DNA of 63,572 bases, filler included, from Octopus bimaculoides (taxonomy: Eukaryota), in the NCBI RefSeq assembly GCF_001194135.2. It is 4 parts of 4 records of this genome, joined end to end, with 100 filler letters (N's around TTAATTAATTAA, not from the genome) between each part and the next. Parts side by side here need not be neighbours in the genome. Positions count along the whole stretch, not along the records: positions 1 to 30,055 come from NC_068983.1; 3 more parts are not named here. One strand, given 5' to 3'. A model generated the notes under the pieces. It saw nothing but the letters and a program-made list of their open reading frames with translations. It searched no databases and was not told the DNA's origin. Both the position numbers and the translations under genes were made by a program. Shown here piece after piece: positions 12,408 through 26,039 of the stretch. Position 1 is the first letter of the stretch. The number at the start of each line of letters is the position of its first letter.

Positions 12408-13491
12408 TGGCACAAGAAGGCCAACGCGACTTACCGTCACTTGAATTAGAGATAAGTTTGAAGCCGATGGAACTGTTCAGGATGTCCATGAGAAGCGTTC
12501 CAGAAAGCCACTGACATTGACAACCCCAACAAAGCAAGGAGTGCTGGAAAGGTATCACCGAAGTCCAAGAAAATCTGTGCGGCAAGCGAGACGTTAGGTT
12601 GGTATTTCAAAGTCGTCTGTCCAACGCATTTTGAAGCGTTGTCAATGGAAAAGTTACATTTCAAGATTAGTCGATGCTGTTAATGACCGAAAAGTGCAAT
12701 ATTGCGAGTGGTACTTGGCACGATGTGTAGAAGATGCACACTTTCCAACAAAGATTGTGTTGAGTGATTAGGCCACATTCAAATTAAATGGTTCAATTAA
12801 ACGCCACAATTGCACCTACTGGGGACCTGAGAATCCACATGTTATGGTGGAACATCATCTTAATTAATCAGGTGTTACACTATGGTGTGGTTTTTCATCA
12901 AGAGGATCAATTGGACCATTCTTTTTAGACGCTACTCTGACTAGTCCCGTTTATTTGAACTTGCTACAACAGTCTATCATTACAAGCATTAGAGAAGACT
13001 TTGAAGATGAGGAGTTTTATGTTCAGCAAGATGGTGCACCATCACACTACCATCGGGATTTTTTATCCTTCCTTGATGAGAAGGATCAAATCCTTCGTCC
13101 AATCCACCTTGTCCAACAGGTGGATTGGATGAAGGGGTTTCGTTGAATACCTTCCACGTTCATCAGACCTCACACCTCTAACTTTTTTTATGGGGATACC
13201 TAAAAGACAAAGTCTACGCTAAAAGACCTGCAACAGTTGCTGATTTGAGAGCAGTCATTGAACGAGAATGCACACAAAGGCCAAACGAATTCTTTCATGA
13301 TGTTTGTGATTCCATTCCTTTGCGTTGTCAGCAGTACCTGAACCAGAACGGACGTCAGTTTGAAAACAGGCATTGACAAAACAATAAAATAATGTCTGTA
13401 GATTCTATTAAATTTTGAAAATGAAATGTATTATTGTAAATACCTACTTTACAATTATTTAAAGTGTGTATACATTTTTTGGGACCTCCCC
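12408..13491 (+). mobile_element. Tc1/mariner rosa (DD41D)-like transposon relic, near-complete pseudogenised transposase
   Basis: Frames give IRDKFEADGTVQD...RSPRKSVRQ...[12 protein letters not shown]...IVLSD*ATFKLNG...[12 protein letters not shown]...[15 protein letters not shown]...QQDGAPSHY...PRSSDLTPL..FF/WGYLKDKVY...YLNQNGRQFENRH*, with in-frame stops and frameshifts. Confidence 0.85.
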
Positions 13492-13492
13492 G

Positions 13493-13559
<67 letters not shown>

Positions 13560-14244
13560 CTCTTTTACTCTTTTACTTGTTTCAGTCATTTGACTGCGGC
13601 CATGCTGGGGTACCGTCTTTAGTCGAGCAAATCGACCCCAGGACTTATTCTTTGTAAGCCTAGTACTTNNNNNNNNNNNNNNNNNNNNNNNNNNNNNNNN
13701 NNNNNNNNNNNNNNNNNNNNNNNNNNNNNNNNNNNNNNNNNNNNNNNNNNNNNNNNNNNNNNNNNNNNNNNNNNNNNNNNNNNNNNNNNNNNNNNNNNNN
13801 NNNNNNNNNNNNNNNNNNNNNNNNNNNNNNNNNNNNNNNNNNNNNNNNNNNNNNNNNNNNNNNNNNNNNNNNNNNNNNNNNNNNNNNNNNNNNNNNNNNN
13901 NNNNNNNNNNNNNNNNNNNNNNNNNNNNNNNNNNNNNNNNNNNNNNNNNNNNNNNNNNNNNNNNNNNNNNNNNNNNNNNNNNNNNNNNNNNNNNNNNNNN
14001 NNNNNNNNNNNNNNNNNNNNNNNNNNNNNNNNNNNNNNNNNNNNNNNNNNNNNNNNNNNNNNNNNNNNNNNNNNNNNNNNNNNNNNNNNNNNNNNNNNNN
14101 NNNNNNNNNNNNNNNNNNNNNNNNNNNNNNNNNNNNNNNNNNNNNNNNNNNNNNNNNNNNNNNNNNNNNNNNNNNNNNNNNNNNNNNNNNNNNNNNNNNN
14201 NNNNNNNNNNNNNNNNNNNNNNNNNNNNNNNNNNNNNNNNNNNN

Positions 14245-14291
<47 letters not shown>

Positions 14292-14379
14292 GTGTGTGTG
14301 TGTATACATATACATGTGTGTGTATGTATGTTTATGAATATATGTATCTGTCTGATCTATATGTATTTGCATATTAACA

Positions 14380-16279
14380 TACTCTCATATAAATATTTGT
14401 GCAAATATGTTTTATAAATCTAAGTAATACCAACTAAATTATAGACTTGAAATGAATAAAAATTTTACATTTCACTTTTTGCCTTCACTTTTTGTAATAA
14501 TATTCATAGTAAATAAAACAGTTAATTTTTTTTATTTAAAAACTTGTAAAAATTTGGAATATATAATAAATTTTATGACGTTTATACAGCTGTTTGAATA
14601 TTAATTGATATAATAAACGTTGGTATAAAGAAGATTTACCATAAAAAATTATTGTAATGGATTAAAAAATGTAATGGGCAAGTTTAGATAAATTGTCTAA
14701 TGATAAACAATTTATATGAATATTTTATATAACATTTTGATTTTTAATATTTTATTATTAAATTGTTCATTATAAAAAAAGCTTATGAAAATAGTTTATT
14801 AAAAATTAACTTAAAAAAATTAGTTTAAACATAAAAAGTTTATTTTGTCAGCTTAAAAATATAATAAACAGTGTAGATTTAATAGTTTAAAGATTAACCA
14901 TTATACAAATATTTTATATAAATTTGTGTTATTAAAATTTTATAAAATTGTTCATTACAAAAGGTTTATAATGAAAAATACTTTATTAAAATTTATTTAA
15001 TTAAATGATGTATAATTTTTTTTTTAAATGAAGTANNNNNNNNNNNNNNNNNNNNNNNNNNNNNNNNNNNNNNNNNNNNNNNNNNNNNNNNNNNNNNNNN
15101 NNNNNNNNNNNNNNNNNNNNNNNNNNNNNNNNNNNNNNNNNNNNNNNNNNNNNNNNNNNNNNNNNNNNNNNNNNNNNNNNNNNNNNNNNNNNNNNNNNNN
15201 NNNNNNNNNNNNNNNNNNNNNNNNNNNNNNNNNNNNNNNNNNNNNNNNNNNNNNNNNNNNNNNNNNNNNNNNNNNNNNNNNNNNNNNNNNNNNNNNNNNN
15301 NNNNNNNNNNNNNNNNNNNNNNNNNNNNNNNNNNNNNNNNNNNNNNNNNNNNNNNNNNNNNNNNNNNNNNNNNNNNNNNNNNNNNNNNNNNNNNNNNNNN
15401 NNNNNNNNNNNNNNNNNNNNNNNNNNNNNNNNNNNNNNNNNNNNNNNNNNNNNNNNNNNNNNNNNNNNNNNNNNNNNNNNNNNNNNNNNNNNNNNNNNNN
15501 NNNNNNNNNNNNNNNNNNNNNNNNNNNNNNNNNNNNNNNNNNNATGTGTGTATGTGTGTGTTTGTATGTGTGTGTGTGTGTATGTGAAGTTTAAATAAAA
15601 ACGTTTACGTATTTATATAATAAGTTTTATACAAATAAAAATGTTTCTAGAAAAAAGTTTATATATTAGTTGGGAAAGAAAAGAATTAATCTAACAAACT
15701 TTCAAAAAACTTTATTTGAAGACAAAAAAAACCCCCAAAAACAATCTACATTTATATTTATATTTTCTTGGAAAGACATTTATGACTTCAAAGAGGAGGA
15801 ATTCCGTACTATATGCTTTGTTAGATTTTGTTGGCTGCAATAATACCTGTTCCTTGCCAAATGTATGTAAACGTAGCCAAAAAGAATATATTCAGCAAAA
15901 GCTAAATATCTCCAAATAAATGGTAATTCTATGTAAGTTCTGAATTCGTGTTATTTGAATTACTTTTTTGTATTTTTTTATATAAATGTGTGTGTGTAAG
16001 TGTGTATTTCAAAGATATTCTTTTTATATCTATATTAAAAAAATGCATTTTCTAAAGTGCAAAGCCAATCATACAACACGTTTGTAAGATCTATAGTTTT
16101 TGCAGAGATTGACTCCTGCAATGCTTGATTTAATATGGATAGGAACATTCCTCAACTGAAGGGCTGCTAAATTTGAAATGTTGTGGAGTAGTTTGTTGTA
16201 TTCTTGGACAATACTATTCATTCAACCAATCCATCTCTCATGAAAGGAAAGAAACATAGCTAAAAGTGGTGACACTGTG
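14380..16279 (-). other. Candidate terminal exon and AT-rich 3' UTR of an unidentified minus-strand gene
   Basis: Acceptor aactaatctgtttcag| at 16279. In phase with the 17351-17387 exon it reads (S)TVSPLLAMFLSFHERWIG* (stop at 16222-16224). Downstream sequence is very AT-rich with several minus-strand AATAAA signals. The 3' end is uncertain. Confidence 0.25.
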
Positions 16280-16427
16280 CTGAAACAGATTAGTTTGAGA
16301 TTCTCAGACTTAATGCTTTTGATATTAATCTAATTCTGGTCCCCAGATACAAATTTACTAATGCTCTGTTTTAAATTGTTCATATTTAAATTAATCCCTT
16401 CCATTATAATTCTATACAAGACCATCT

Positions 16428-16655
16428 TTAACCCTTTTAATACTGGCTTACCTGGGGCTTCCTCTGGATCTGTAATATAAAACTTCTTATTTTAAAGGAT
16501 CTAAATTACAAGACCCCATCAAAATGTCACATTAATTTATGTTCTGAAAAACAGTTGAATAAGGATAAAATAATTTTACTAAATTCTTCCTTATTTTCAA
16601 AGCTAATAAAAAATAACAATGTGTTTCAACTGAGATATAATAACAAAAGGGTTAA
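16428..16655. mobile_element. piggyBac-type MITE
   Basis: TTAA-CCCTTTT ... AAAAGGG-TTAA termini. Confidence 0.8.
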
Positions 16656-17039
16656 TGAGAATTGCTGATAATTATTGATAATCCTTAAACTTTTTGATTA
16701 TTTTCAAAATTAATTAAATCCCATATGCAGCATATTTTGTTAGAATAAAGTCATGAAATGATTAAGCATGTTTAATTTTTATCCTATGTTGATTGTTCTA
16801 TTCTCTCATTATTCTCACTAGACTAATCTTTCCATTTCACCTCTCTCTCTTTCTCGCTCTCTCTCTCTCTTTTTCAATCCTTTTTGCTTTCCATGCCATT
16901 ATTTATGGTATAATAATATAAATTCAGTCTTGTGGTGATCCAAATGTAGGTTTGCATCAAGGTATGGTAATAATATCTAAAAGATTTCAAGAAATAAAAT
17001 AGCCTGCATTAAATAAAGGAAAAAAAAAAAAAAAGAAGA

Positions 17040-17260
17040 CAGAAAAGATATAATAGTACGAGTTAATTACTTTTATGTGGTAAAGAAAAGACAAGTAAAT
17101 TCAACATTTCGGACTGTATTGGTCCTTCATCAAGAAAACGAGAGTAGAATAAAAGGAAATGACCAATCTGTAGGAGTTATATCTTATGATGAAAGCCACA
17201 TTTAAAGGGGATAAAACGGAAAACTTTTAATGTATCATTCTTATGAAACATTCATCTTTT
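17040..17260 (-). mobile_element. Penelope-like element terminal repeat relic with minimal hammerhead motif (17098-17138)
   Basis: The minus strand reads uuc-UUGAUGA-A-GGAC-caauaca-GUCC-GAAA-UGUU-gaa. Confidence 0.5.
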
Positions 17261-17350
17261 ATTTTTTTAATTTTTCTCTGCTTTTACTTGACAGAAGGTC
17301 TCTATTTGAATCATTGAACATACTCTTCCATACAGAATAAAATTAGTTAC

Positions 17351-17387
17351 CTTGGACTCAAGATTATTTTGATTTTTGCTTCTGTTC
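17351..17387 (-). CDS. Candidate 37-nt internal exon (unidentified gene)
   Basis: Perfect branch point TACTAAC, then ttttcag acceptor and AAG|gtaact donor. Reads TEAKIKIILSP or NRSKNQNNLESK depending on phase. Confidence 0.4.
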
Positions 17388-18457
17388 CTGAAAATTTTGC
17401 GATAGTTAGTAGGCATACTTTAACTATAAAGTAAGTATAGGAAAATAAGAACCGGAATGGGCTGTAGCTCTTGATATAACCAAGTAATAAACCAGACTCT
17501 AATGAAATGAAGAAATGAATCATGTCTTACTCATTCTCAGTTTTTTGGTACATAGGCATATATATGTGTGTATAGGTGTCTGTGCAAGCATATACACATA
17601 CATGTATACTTGCCCAAGGGAGATATTTTTCTACCCTTCAATAGCGTATGTGTTTTTATTTTTGTAACCAATGGTTCCATCACACTGGACTCACAACAGC
17701 TGAAGACATGCAACAATCACTGAATTGTTGACACAAGAACTTAATGTCCTAAATGTAAGTCTCCGAAACCGTCTCATTTAATATATATATATATATATAT
17801 GCACTTGTTTGTTTGTGTGTGTGTGTGTGTGTATGTGTGTGCACACAGAGAGATTTCCATAATTTTTAATGATGAGCCACCCATTAGTTCGATCTGCTTG
17901 TCAAAATTATCAAATAAGTAGTTAAACATTCCATAAGCACATGTTCTTAGCATCATTTCCAGAGAGAATCAACGTGTTATAAAGTGTGACAAAGCTAATC
18001 CTTTGAACTATAAGTGCAATGCAGCTGATAACTTTCCAAACAGCTTCCATCCACCCAATTTCCCCAACAATGCATGTGTTAACACAAGGCTAGAGTAACA
18101 GATCTTTGCCCAAGAAGCCATGCAATAGACCAAATCTGGAGCTCATGATTTAAAAGAAAATTCTTTGCCATTCAACCATAAGTATGTCTTGAGCTGACAG
18201 GTTCCTTACGCAGTAGCTTCTCCTGGTTTCTGGGATGTTAACAGCCTGAGAGTACAAGCCTTCCCCAATATATTGTAAATTTAATTCCTAGTTGCTCATT
18301 TTCAACTGAGTGGACTGGAGACCCTTACTCCTTGACAGAATGTACTACTTGGACAAGGAATTAAACTCACAACTTATTATCTTGAACCCAGTATCCTAAC
18401 CGTTTGGTCACTTGCCTACACACACACAGATACACACACACACATACACACACACTC

Positions 18458-18493
<36 letters not shown>

Positions 18494-18503
18494 NNNNNNN
18501 NNN

Positions 18504-18542
<39 letters not shown>

Positions 18543-18674
18543 TTAGGTATAGTGATATTAATAACATGATTTAGAACTCAGTATATGTATGTTTCATAAT
18601 AGAGCATTAGTTGAGTACAGAATATGTATATTTATATACATACATACATACATACATAGGCAGGCATACCGATT

Positions 18675-18708
<34 letters not shown>

Positions 18709-18751
18709 ATGATAGAATGATAGATAGATCTGTAAATAAACAGATATACAT

Positions 18752-18784
<33 letters not shown>

Positions 18785-19480
18785 GACACACACACACACA
18801 CACGTGTGTGTGTGTGAAGATATTATACTTTCATAAACAATGCACTAAGGTACTGCATTGTGATTCTGGGTAGCATATGTTTTGCAAACACCAGGTAGTT
18901 CACAGATGAATAGTTAGAAGTAGGAAGTGTATACAGCTGTGAAAACAATAGTTATACAACATTATGCAAAAGTACATAATTGCAAACAAAAATAATTGTC
19001 CCACTCATTCTCCTATGGAAAAAATAGTTGCAAAACAAGCAAACAGATAAACACAGACATTCACACACAGAGTTTAACCTTGGGTGGCAGGTATCACATG
19101 CTGCTCTCTTTCATGCCACAACATGGTTCTTAGTAGAGCTCATTCTGTGGTATGCATTCCGACCAGATTCCCATTTCCTTCAGTTCCCATCATGTTTTTT
19201 TTTTTCCTGAAGTCATTCACTTGTAGATGTTCAGACTGCATATCAACCACACACCAGTCTTAACTCGTCTGGGAATGTCTTTCAAACAAAGGGGTACTTT
19301 ACACCCTTCTATGACAAACATGTTTTTAGAAAAAATCCAACAACAATACCACTAGCCTATATGTACGCATGCATGCTTATTGTATTTTTGTTATTCTGCA
19401 GACAGTGAAGAAGATATATATACACCCATATGCACCCCCCCCACACACACACATATATATATATATATATACATATATAT

Positions 19481-19561
<81 letters not shown>

Positions 19562-19748
19562 TGTATGTATGAATGTATGTGTGTATGTAAGCATGTGTGT
19601 TGGTGTATATGAGAGACTGTATGCACGCATGCATTTCAGACCTTTGTGATCTGTGTTATGCCTGTGAGTGTGTAGTGTTATGATACAACAGAAAGAAAGT
19701 CAGTGATTTCTAAGTCCTCTGTCCCTCTCCCCACTCCATTTCACTTAC

Positions 19749-19831
19749 GTATTTCTTCCTTATGCCCTTTGGAAAGTCTTGAGTATCTCAACTTCCTGTT
19801 TCCTTTCCTTTGTACACCTAGCATTCTATTC
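19749..19831 (-). CDS. Candidate 83-nt internal exon (unidentified gene)
   Basis: ttttattacttag acceptor and |gtaagt donor. The exon is purine-rich, and its single open frame is NRMLGVQRKGNRKLRYSRLSKGHKEEI. Confidence 0.4.
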
Positions 19832-19991
19832 CTAAGTAATAAAACATACAGGTTTATGGGGATATGTATTTATATAAATATGCACAGAGACTCACTGACA
19901 TATATACATGTGCATGTTTGTGTATGCGTGTGTGTGAGAGAGAGAGAGAAAGAGAGAGAGTGTGTGTGTGTGTGTGTCTGTGTGTGCGTGC

Positions 19992-20052
<61 letters not shown>

Positions 20053-20278
20053 TATATATCCATATAAATTTATATATTTTTATTTTTAAATACGTATATA
20101 CACGCACATATATATATGAATAGATAGACAAATAACTATGCAGACAAATATCTATATTTTTATATATATAAGATTTGTGTATATAATATGTATATGTATC
20201 TATATATATACACACACATATATAATGTATATAAATATATATATATAATATTTATGTATCTATGTATATGTATGTATG

Positions 20279-20310
<32 letters not shown>

Positions 20311-21649
20311 CATCTATCTCTTTCTCTCACTCTCTCTCTCTCTCTACACACACACATGCACATATATATGTTTATAGATATTGAAGTATTCTTGACAGTC
20401 TCTTTACAATATACCTCCTGTATTTAATCCTTTCCACTTCTATTTTCCTTTAGGGACCATTTTGAAATTATTTCTTATTACCTTTCTGAAACAACTATCA
20501 TTTCTCATTGGTAATGCTTTGTAACTATTTCATTCTTTCTCCCAACCTTGCTGAGTTATACACCATGCATTCATAATATCAGCAATGCTAGATTTTGAGT
20601 GACTAAATGTGTAACCATCTTTAGTTCAATAACAACTGAGAAGGTGAACAGTCACCAAAACATTTGGATACCCTGAGAGTAAATTATGGTAAATATTCCA
20701 TAGTTGTTTTATGCAGTACATTTTGATACATTTTGCCCATTTGTTTAATTCCCAATGGCATAAAATCATAGCACCAACTACCTGCTGAGTCATTGTACAC
20801 TCTTGGTGATTAAATATCACATTTAGTTGAATTAAGATCATACTACCTAGGTTCATGTACATCTTTCTTCTACATGTGTTTATATAGATAGACAGACAAA
20901 CAGACGGGCAGATAGATAGATAGATAAATAGACAGATAGATAGATAGATGTGTTTGTGTGTGTGTTAGTGTGTGTGTGTACGTGTGTATGACTGTGAGAG
21001 CATGTATATGTGTGTGTGTGCCTCTGTGTGTGTATGTGTGTGTGTGTGTGTGAATGTATTAATTAAGTAGAACACAACTCCAGTCTAATCCAGTGATTAA
21101 GTGCATCACAAATCTTTGAAAGTAAGAAGGAAAAAAAAACAACATAAAAGTAAAACAAAGTACAACAAATAACAAACATACAAGCAAAAACATAAATAAA
21201 TCAGTTTGAATGGAATGTGTAGATATTCTGTGAATCTTTTCCAACAACACTCAGTTGCCAGCACGCGCCCAATGAAAATAAAATTAACAACCGTGTTATG
21301 AGTGACAGCAGCAACTGTTTTTCAGATTTGCCCATTTGATTTACTTGAGTTGTCTTTGGTATGTAGAGACAGCTCGTCATGTGTTTCTTAATTGCCATTC
21401 ATTTTTAAATTTAGATAAAACAACCATTTCTTTCTCCATCTAACTAAATGCAACCTATATTGTTTCTGACTGCTTTAATTTTATCTCCTCAAAGAAAGGG
21501 AGTTCAAATTTGGTCTCGTTTAGCTCAGACTTTTCTTAACAAACTGTTGTTATGTGAGGCTATGTATATACTTCAAATTTTAGTACGCAAAAATAGGGCC
21601 CCTGTTTTTGAAACTGGATTCAAGTGAAAGGTGAAAGAAGCTGTAGTAG

Positions 21650-22310
21650 AAGTTGGATATTTGAAGTAGAAGGAAAGAGATTTTGGATGCAATGAAAACT
21701 GACAGGAAACGTGTAGTTTTTCTAGTTGTGAAGCAGTGGTTCATTGTGTAGGGTGAGAAGAACAGGTGGGACTTGGTGGCAGAAGTAGATGAAGGGTAGG
21801 GACATAAAAGTTGCACAGTAAAGATTTCAGTGTGTGTAGGTATAGTGGGATGAAATAGACCAGAAGCACATCTTGTGGAAAAACCTGCTTTGAATGTCTG
21901 CAAGAGCATTCTGCTTTGTAATTGTTCCTCATTTGATGTGCTGCCATGTAAAAGTGAGATGTGCAAATAAATTTAAAAATCAACAGAGTTTCTGGAGCAT
22001 TTTTTGTTGCATTGATCTACTTGTAACTTATATTTGGAGGTGCAATCAAGTATACAGGCAGCTAGCAGAAATTACAAGCAAATTATACAAATGAGGAAGG
22101 ATAAGAAACCACAGCAGGTGGAAAATATTGAATTTGTGAAAGAGAAGCAAAAGAAAAGAGCTGAGGAAATGATTACTCTATTTTCATATTTGTGAGATGT
22201 TAGCTGTGAGAGATGACTGCAAGATGTTGGTGGATGAGAAAGGAAAGGAGACGTCGCCAGCAGAAGTCATGAAGATGACTTAGAGACATCATCTGATTCT
22301 TGTGTCAGAG
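21650..22310 (-). mobile_element. Highly degraded Penelope-like retroelement fragment (tentative)
   Basis: Weak resemblance of HPTIPTHTEIF...CPYPSSTSA and SFPFSSTNIL to PLE RT/GIY-YIG linker motifs, with many stops. Confidence 0.25.
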
Positions 22311-25300
22311 TGGCAGGTTATGTCTTATAAAACTTTTGACACATTCTGTACAAAAGCTTCAAATGTACATAATAAGCATTGTTATTCACATTCCCTGCAA
22401 AAGTTTCTGAAGAACAATATTTTTTGTATAGACTTGAGGAGGCACTAACATCTTGGCTCCCTAAAATTTCAGTCTGTAATTGCAAAGTATTTTTGTTTTT
22501 CTTCTGCAGAAATATGCTAAAGCTTAATACATGAAACCTCTCAGTAGGATGATTATGAGGTAATAGTGGAATATAGTGGAATACATAGATGATTATAAGG
22601 TAATAGCGGAATAAATTCATATACAAATACACATAGCATGTTGAATTTATATTGATGACACATAACATAGCCATATTGATTAGATTTTCCATTAAGGAAA
22701 AAGAGAAAATTAATTTAATCATCAGAATTTATGAAGATAAGAAAAACGTTGATTGAGCATTATAGGACACAGAAGTCAGAAGACTGAAATTTCAAATACA
22801 AAATAATAAACAGAAGAAGTCCACCCAGTAACTACATCCCAAGTGGAATAAATTTGAAAGTAAATGATATAAAAGGCAGTAACTTCAACAGCTTCAAATG
22901 GTCTAGTATATATATACAAATACACTTAGTGTGTTATATATATATCGATATGATTCTTGATTGCTGTTCATGTGATTATGATTTCTAAACTTACTACAGC
23001 CACCTGATTCTATTTGCCTTAGTTTCATATCACAATAAAAAATATTTGTGCTTCACAGTTGAGAAATAGTATCAAGCCTTTAAAACAATTACATCACCTT
23101 ATAAGCAAATGCCCCATATTTTTATGGAAACTATTTCAAGTATCTTAACATGAAAATTTGACTGTGAAATAAGTTGGCTGCAAATAAAATAGACAACTAG
23201 ATATATATAGAAATAAATAATAAAACGTGAACCAGGACACACCAATAATTTTGAATGGTATTTTATTGTTAATGTTACTGTCTTTGTCATTGAGACAATA
23301 CATTAGGAAACCTTCCAAATTACATATTTATCCTGTAAACAACTGAATTCATCAGAATTTGAAAGTTCCCTTATGCAGATCAACATCAGTCTCTTTGGCA
23401 TCTGTCTGATAATATATATATATACACACACGCACATATATATACAGATATATGTACATACATATACATAAATGTGTGCATATGTGTGTGTGTATATGTG
23501 TATGTGTGTGTGTATGTTTATACATATGCACATATATATATATATATATATATATATACGCAATCACACATTTACATCTTTGCTTCTAGTTTATGTACAA
23601 ACATAAACATGCAAATATTCTAGTGCAATGCCTGTATTTCACATACTCAAATAAACATAGGTGTGTGTTAATATACATACATACATACATATATGTATGT
23701 GTTTATATACATACATACATATATATACATCTGCAAATATACATATATATACGTGCGTAAGTGCACACACACACACACACACGCACACACACACATATGA
23801 GTATTTGAGAAACATTGTGAATTCTTTGCTGCAGGGATATGAAGAAAGTTTTAGTTGAACCAAAAGAGCATCTTGAAGACGAGAAGTCTTAACCTCGAGA
23901 TATTAGCTGTCCCAGAATGGCTACAACACATACATTTTTTTTTTTTAATTCGGTTTTCTTTCGAAAGGAAGTGTGAATCAGGCGATTGCTTGCTGCAAAT
24001 GAGTCATGCAAAAGCTTGATGCCTTGCACACCGGATGCAGAAGTAAAGAGAAAAGTTTTCAAAACATCTTTTAGTGATACCAAAAAAAGACAAAACACCA
24101 ACCTACATACACATGCACATTCGCAAGTACATATACATGCACACACACACACACACACATACGCACAGATACACACACACACCTGCACAAAAACAATAGC
24201 AAGAATTCTACAAAGACATCAACAACAACAACAAAAACAAGAGAAAAGGAAAAAGTAGGAAACTTATTTTTTCTAAAAATAACAACAATAACAGTCAGTA
24301 GCAACAACAACAATGATGACAACAACAACAACAACAGCAACAACAATAATTAGCAGCAACATAACATAAATTTGGATTGTTTATCTGTATTGTTGTATTC
24401 TGTTGATATTGTTTGTTTTTTCCCCTTTTGGTTTAACTTTATTCCATTTATTGGTATTTTTGTATTTTTAAGAAATAATTTTTATTTTACATCTCAGCAA
24501 CAGCAAAAATCATAAAATAAAATATTGATAAAATTATAATACTTCTCATAAACAAATTGTAAAAAGGTATAGAGTTGTCATAAAATCCTAACAAGAAAAA
24601 TAAGTTTGAAAAATAACAGAAAAATATATAAAAAAAAAAAAACAGTAAAATGATTTCTTGAAAAATTATCTCTTTTCTTTTTATTTTCTTTACTTGTAAG
24701 AATCTTGATAGTTAAGTATAACATTTATAGGGTTTTAATTCTTTGTGAAGAGGTCAAGATTAAATATTACAAAAAAAAGAAAAAGAAAAAAAGAAAAACT
24801 GATTGGGATTTCTCTAATTCTAATGTTGTAATTAGTTATGTCTCAATGCAGAGATTTCCCTCTCATCCTTATATAAAGTTTATCGACAAAAAATGGATAA
24901 ATTACAGGTTATGAAATTACAAAATTCTCTGTTTGTTTGTCATAACAAATTAGTTATGTCATAATGTTAAGAAATATTAATTACTAATCACTCACCATCA
25001 TTTTTTATCAATCATCATCTTTGTTTTATGACTGCTTTTACTTCTGGTATGGACTGGACAGGTTTTATGAGGCAATATTTGGCTGTTTTTTCTCTCAAGT
25101 GAAATGACTATGTATAGTTTTCAGTATTAAGTCATTTGAATAAATGAAAACAGCTTCAATTCTTAAAAAATTCAGTCTGCAGGGAATGAGGCTAAACAAT
25201 CAGTAGATATTGTAGTATTTGACTACTCTATTCTTTAAATCCAAATTTATTCAATTAGAATAACAAATAAGGTAATTTGCTTAATGTTTTTCATACAAAT

Positions 25301-25546
25301 GGCATCTCTGAATTATTTAAATCCTAAACAAATGTACAAATCTAGGCATTTAATTAGTGATTCATATCTATTTTAACAAGTAAAGTAAAGGTTATGATCA
25401 GAATAGAGCTGAAATATGTCCAAAATAACATTAGGTATTTTTTTTTTCTTATTAATGTAATATTATTTTTTCACACACTGATATCGTTTTTGTTTTTCCT
25501 GTTACTGCTTATTTATTTTTAGTTAGCTTTATCATGTTTCATAGCA

Positions 25547-25771
25547 TTAAACCTTTTAGTAACATATTTCTTTTGAGCTACACTGCTTTCATCTCAATTA
25601 CTTTTGAAAATAAAGAAGAATTTAGTGAAATAATTGTCATTATGAAGTTGGTGTTTGGAACAAATTAACATGAAAATCTGAGGGAAAGTTTTAATTTAGA
25701 TCACTTTAAGGTAGGAAGCTTGTATGAGAGAACAAAGAGTAGTCCCAGGCAGGTAGTAGCAAAAGGATTAA
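25547..25771. mobile_element. Degenerate piggyBac-type MITE
   Basis: ttaaaccttttagt ... gcaaaaggattaa termini. The body is similar to 16428-16655. Confidence 0.55.
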
Positions 25772-26039
25772 ATATGCAGACACTAACATTTCATTTTTTT
25801 ATTGTGCTTTCTAGAAAGAAGGTGGTTTAGAGATTATTATTACTATAGTATCAGATCAATCTAAGTCTTTTAACTTGAGAGAAACTGCGCAGAAATCTTG
25901 CAATGAACTATACCTGTAATTCAAGCACTGAAGTCTTGTCATAGACTATGCCATGCTGATTCTGCCAATGAATTCTATTATAGGCACACATATCTTGGAA
26001 TATTCAGTTGCTTCCACATTAGCTCAATGAGTGCATCAA

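Noticed and set aside
17294-17430. Plus-strand segment with strong acceptor and GTAAGT donor (also 27585-27950)
   Set aside because: Stops in all three frames; cannot be called coding, and there is no evidence for a non-coding transcript.
22040-22192. Plus-strand 51-codon Lys/Glu-rich open frame (VQSSIQAASRNYKQIIQMRKDKKPQQVENIEFVKEKQKKRAEEM...)
   Set aside because: Weak acceptor, and it overlaps the antisense of a probable degraded Penelope-like fragment; not excluded, but unsupported.
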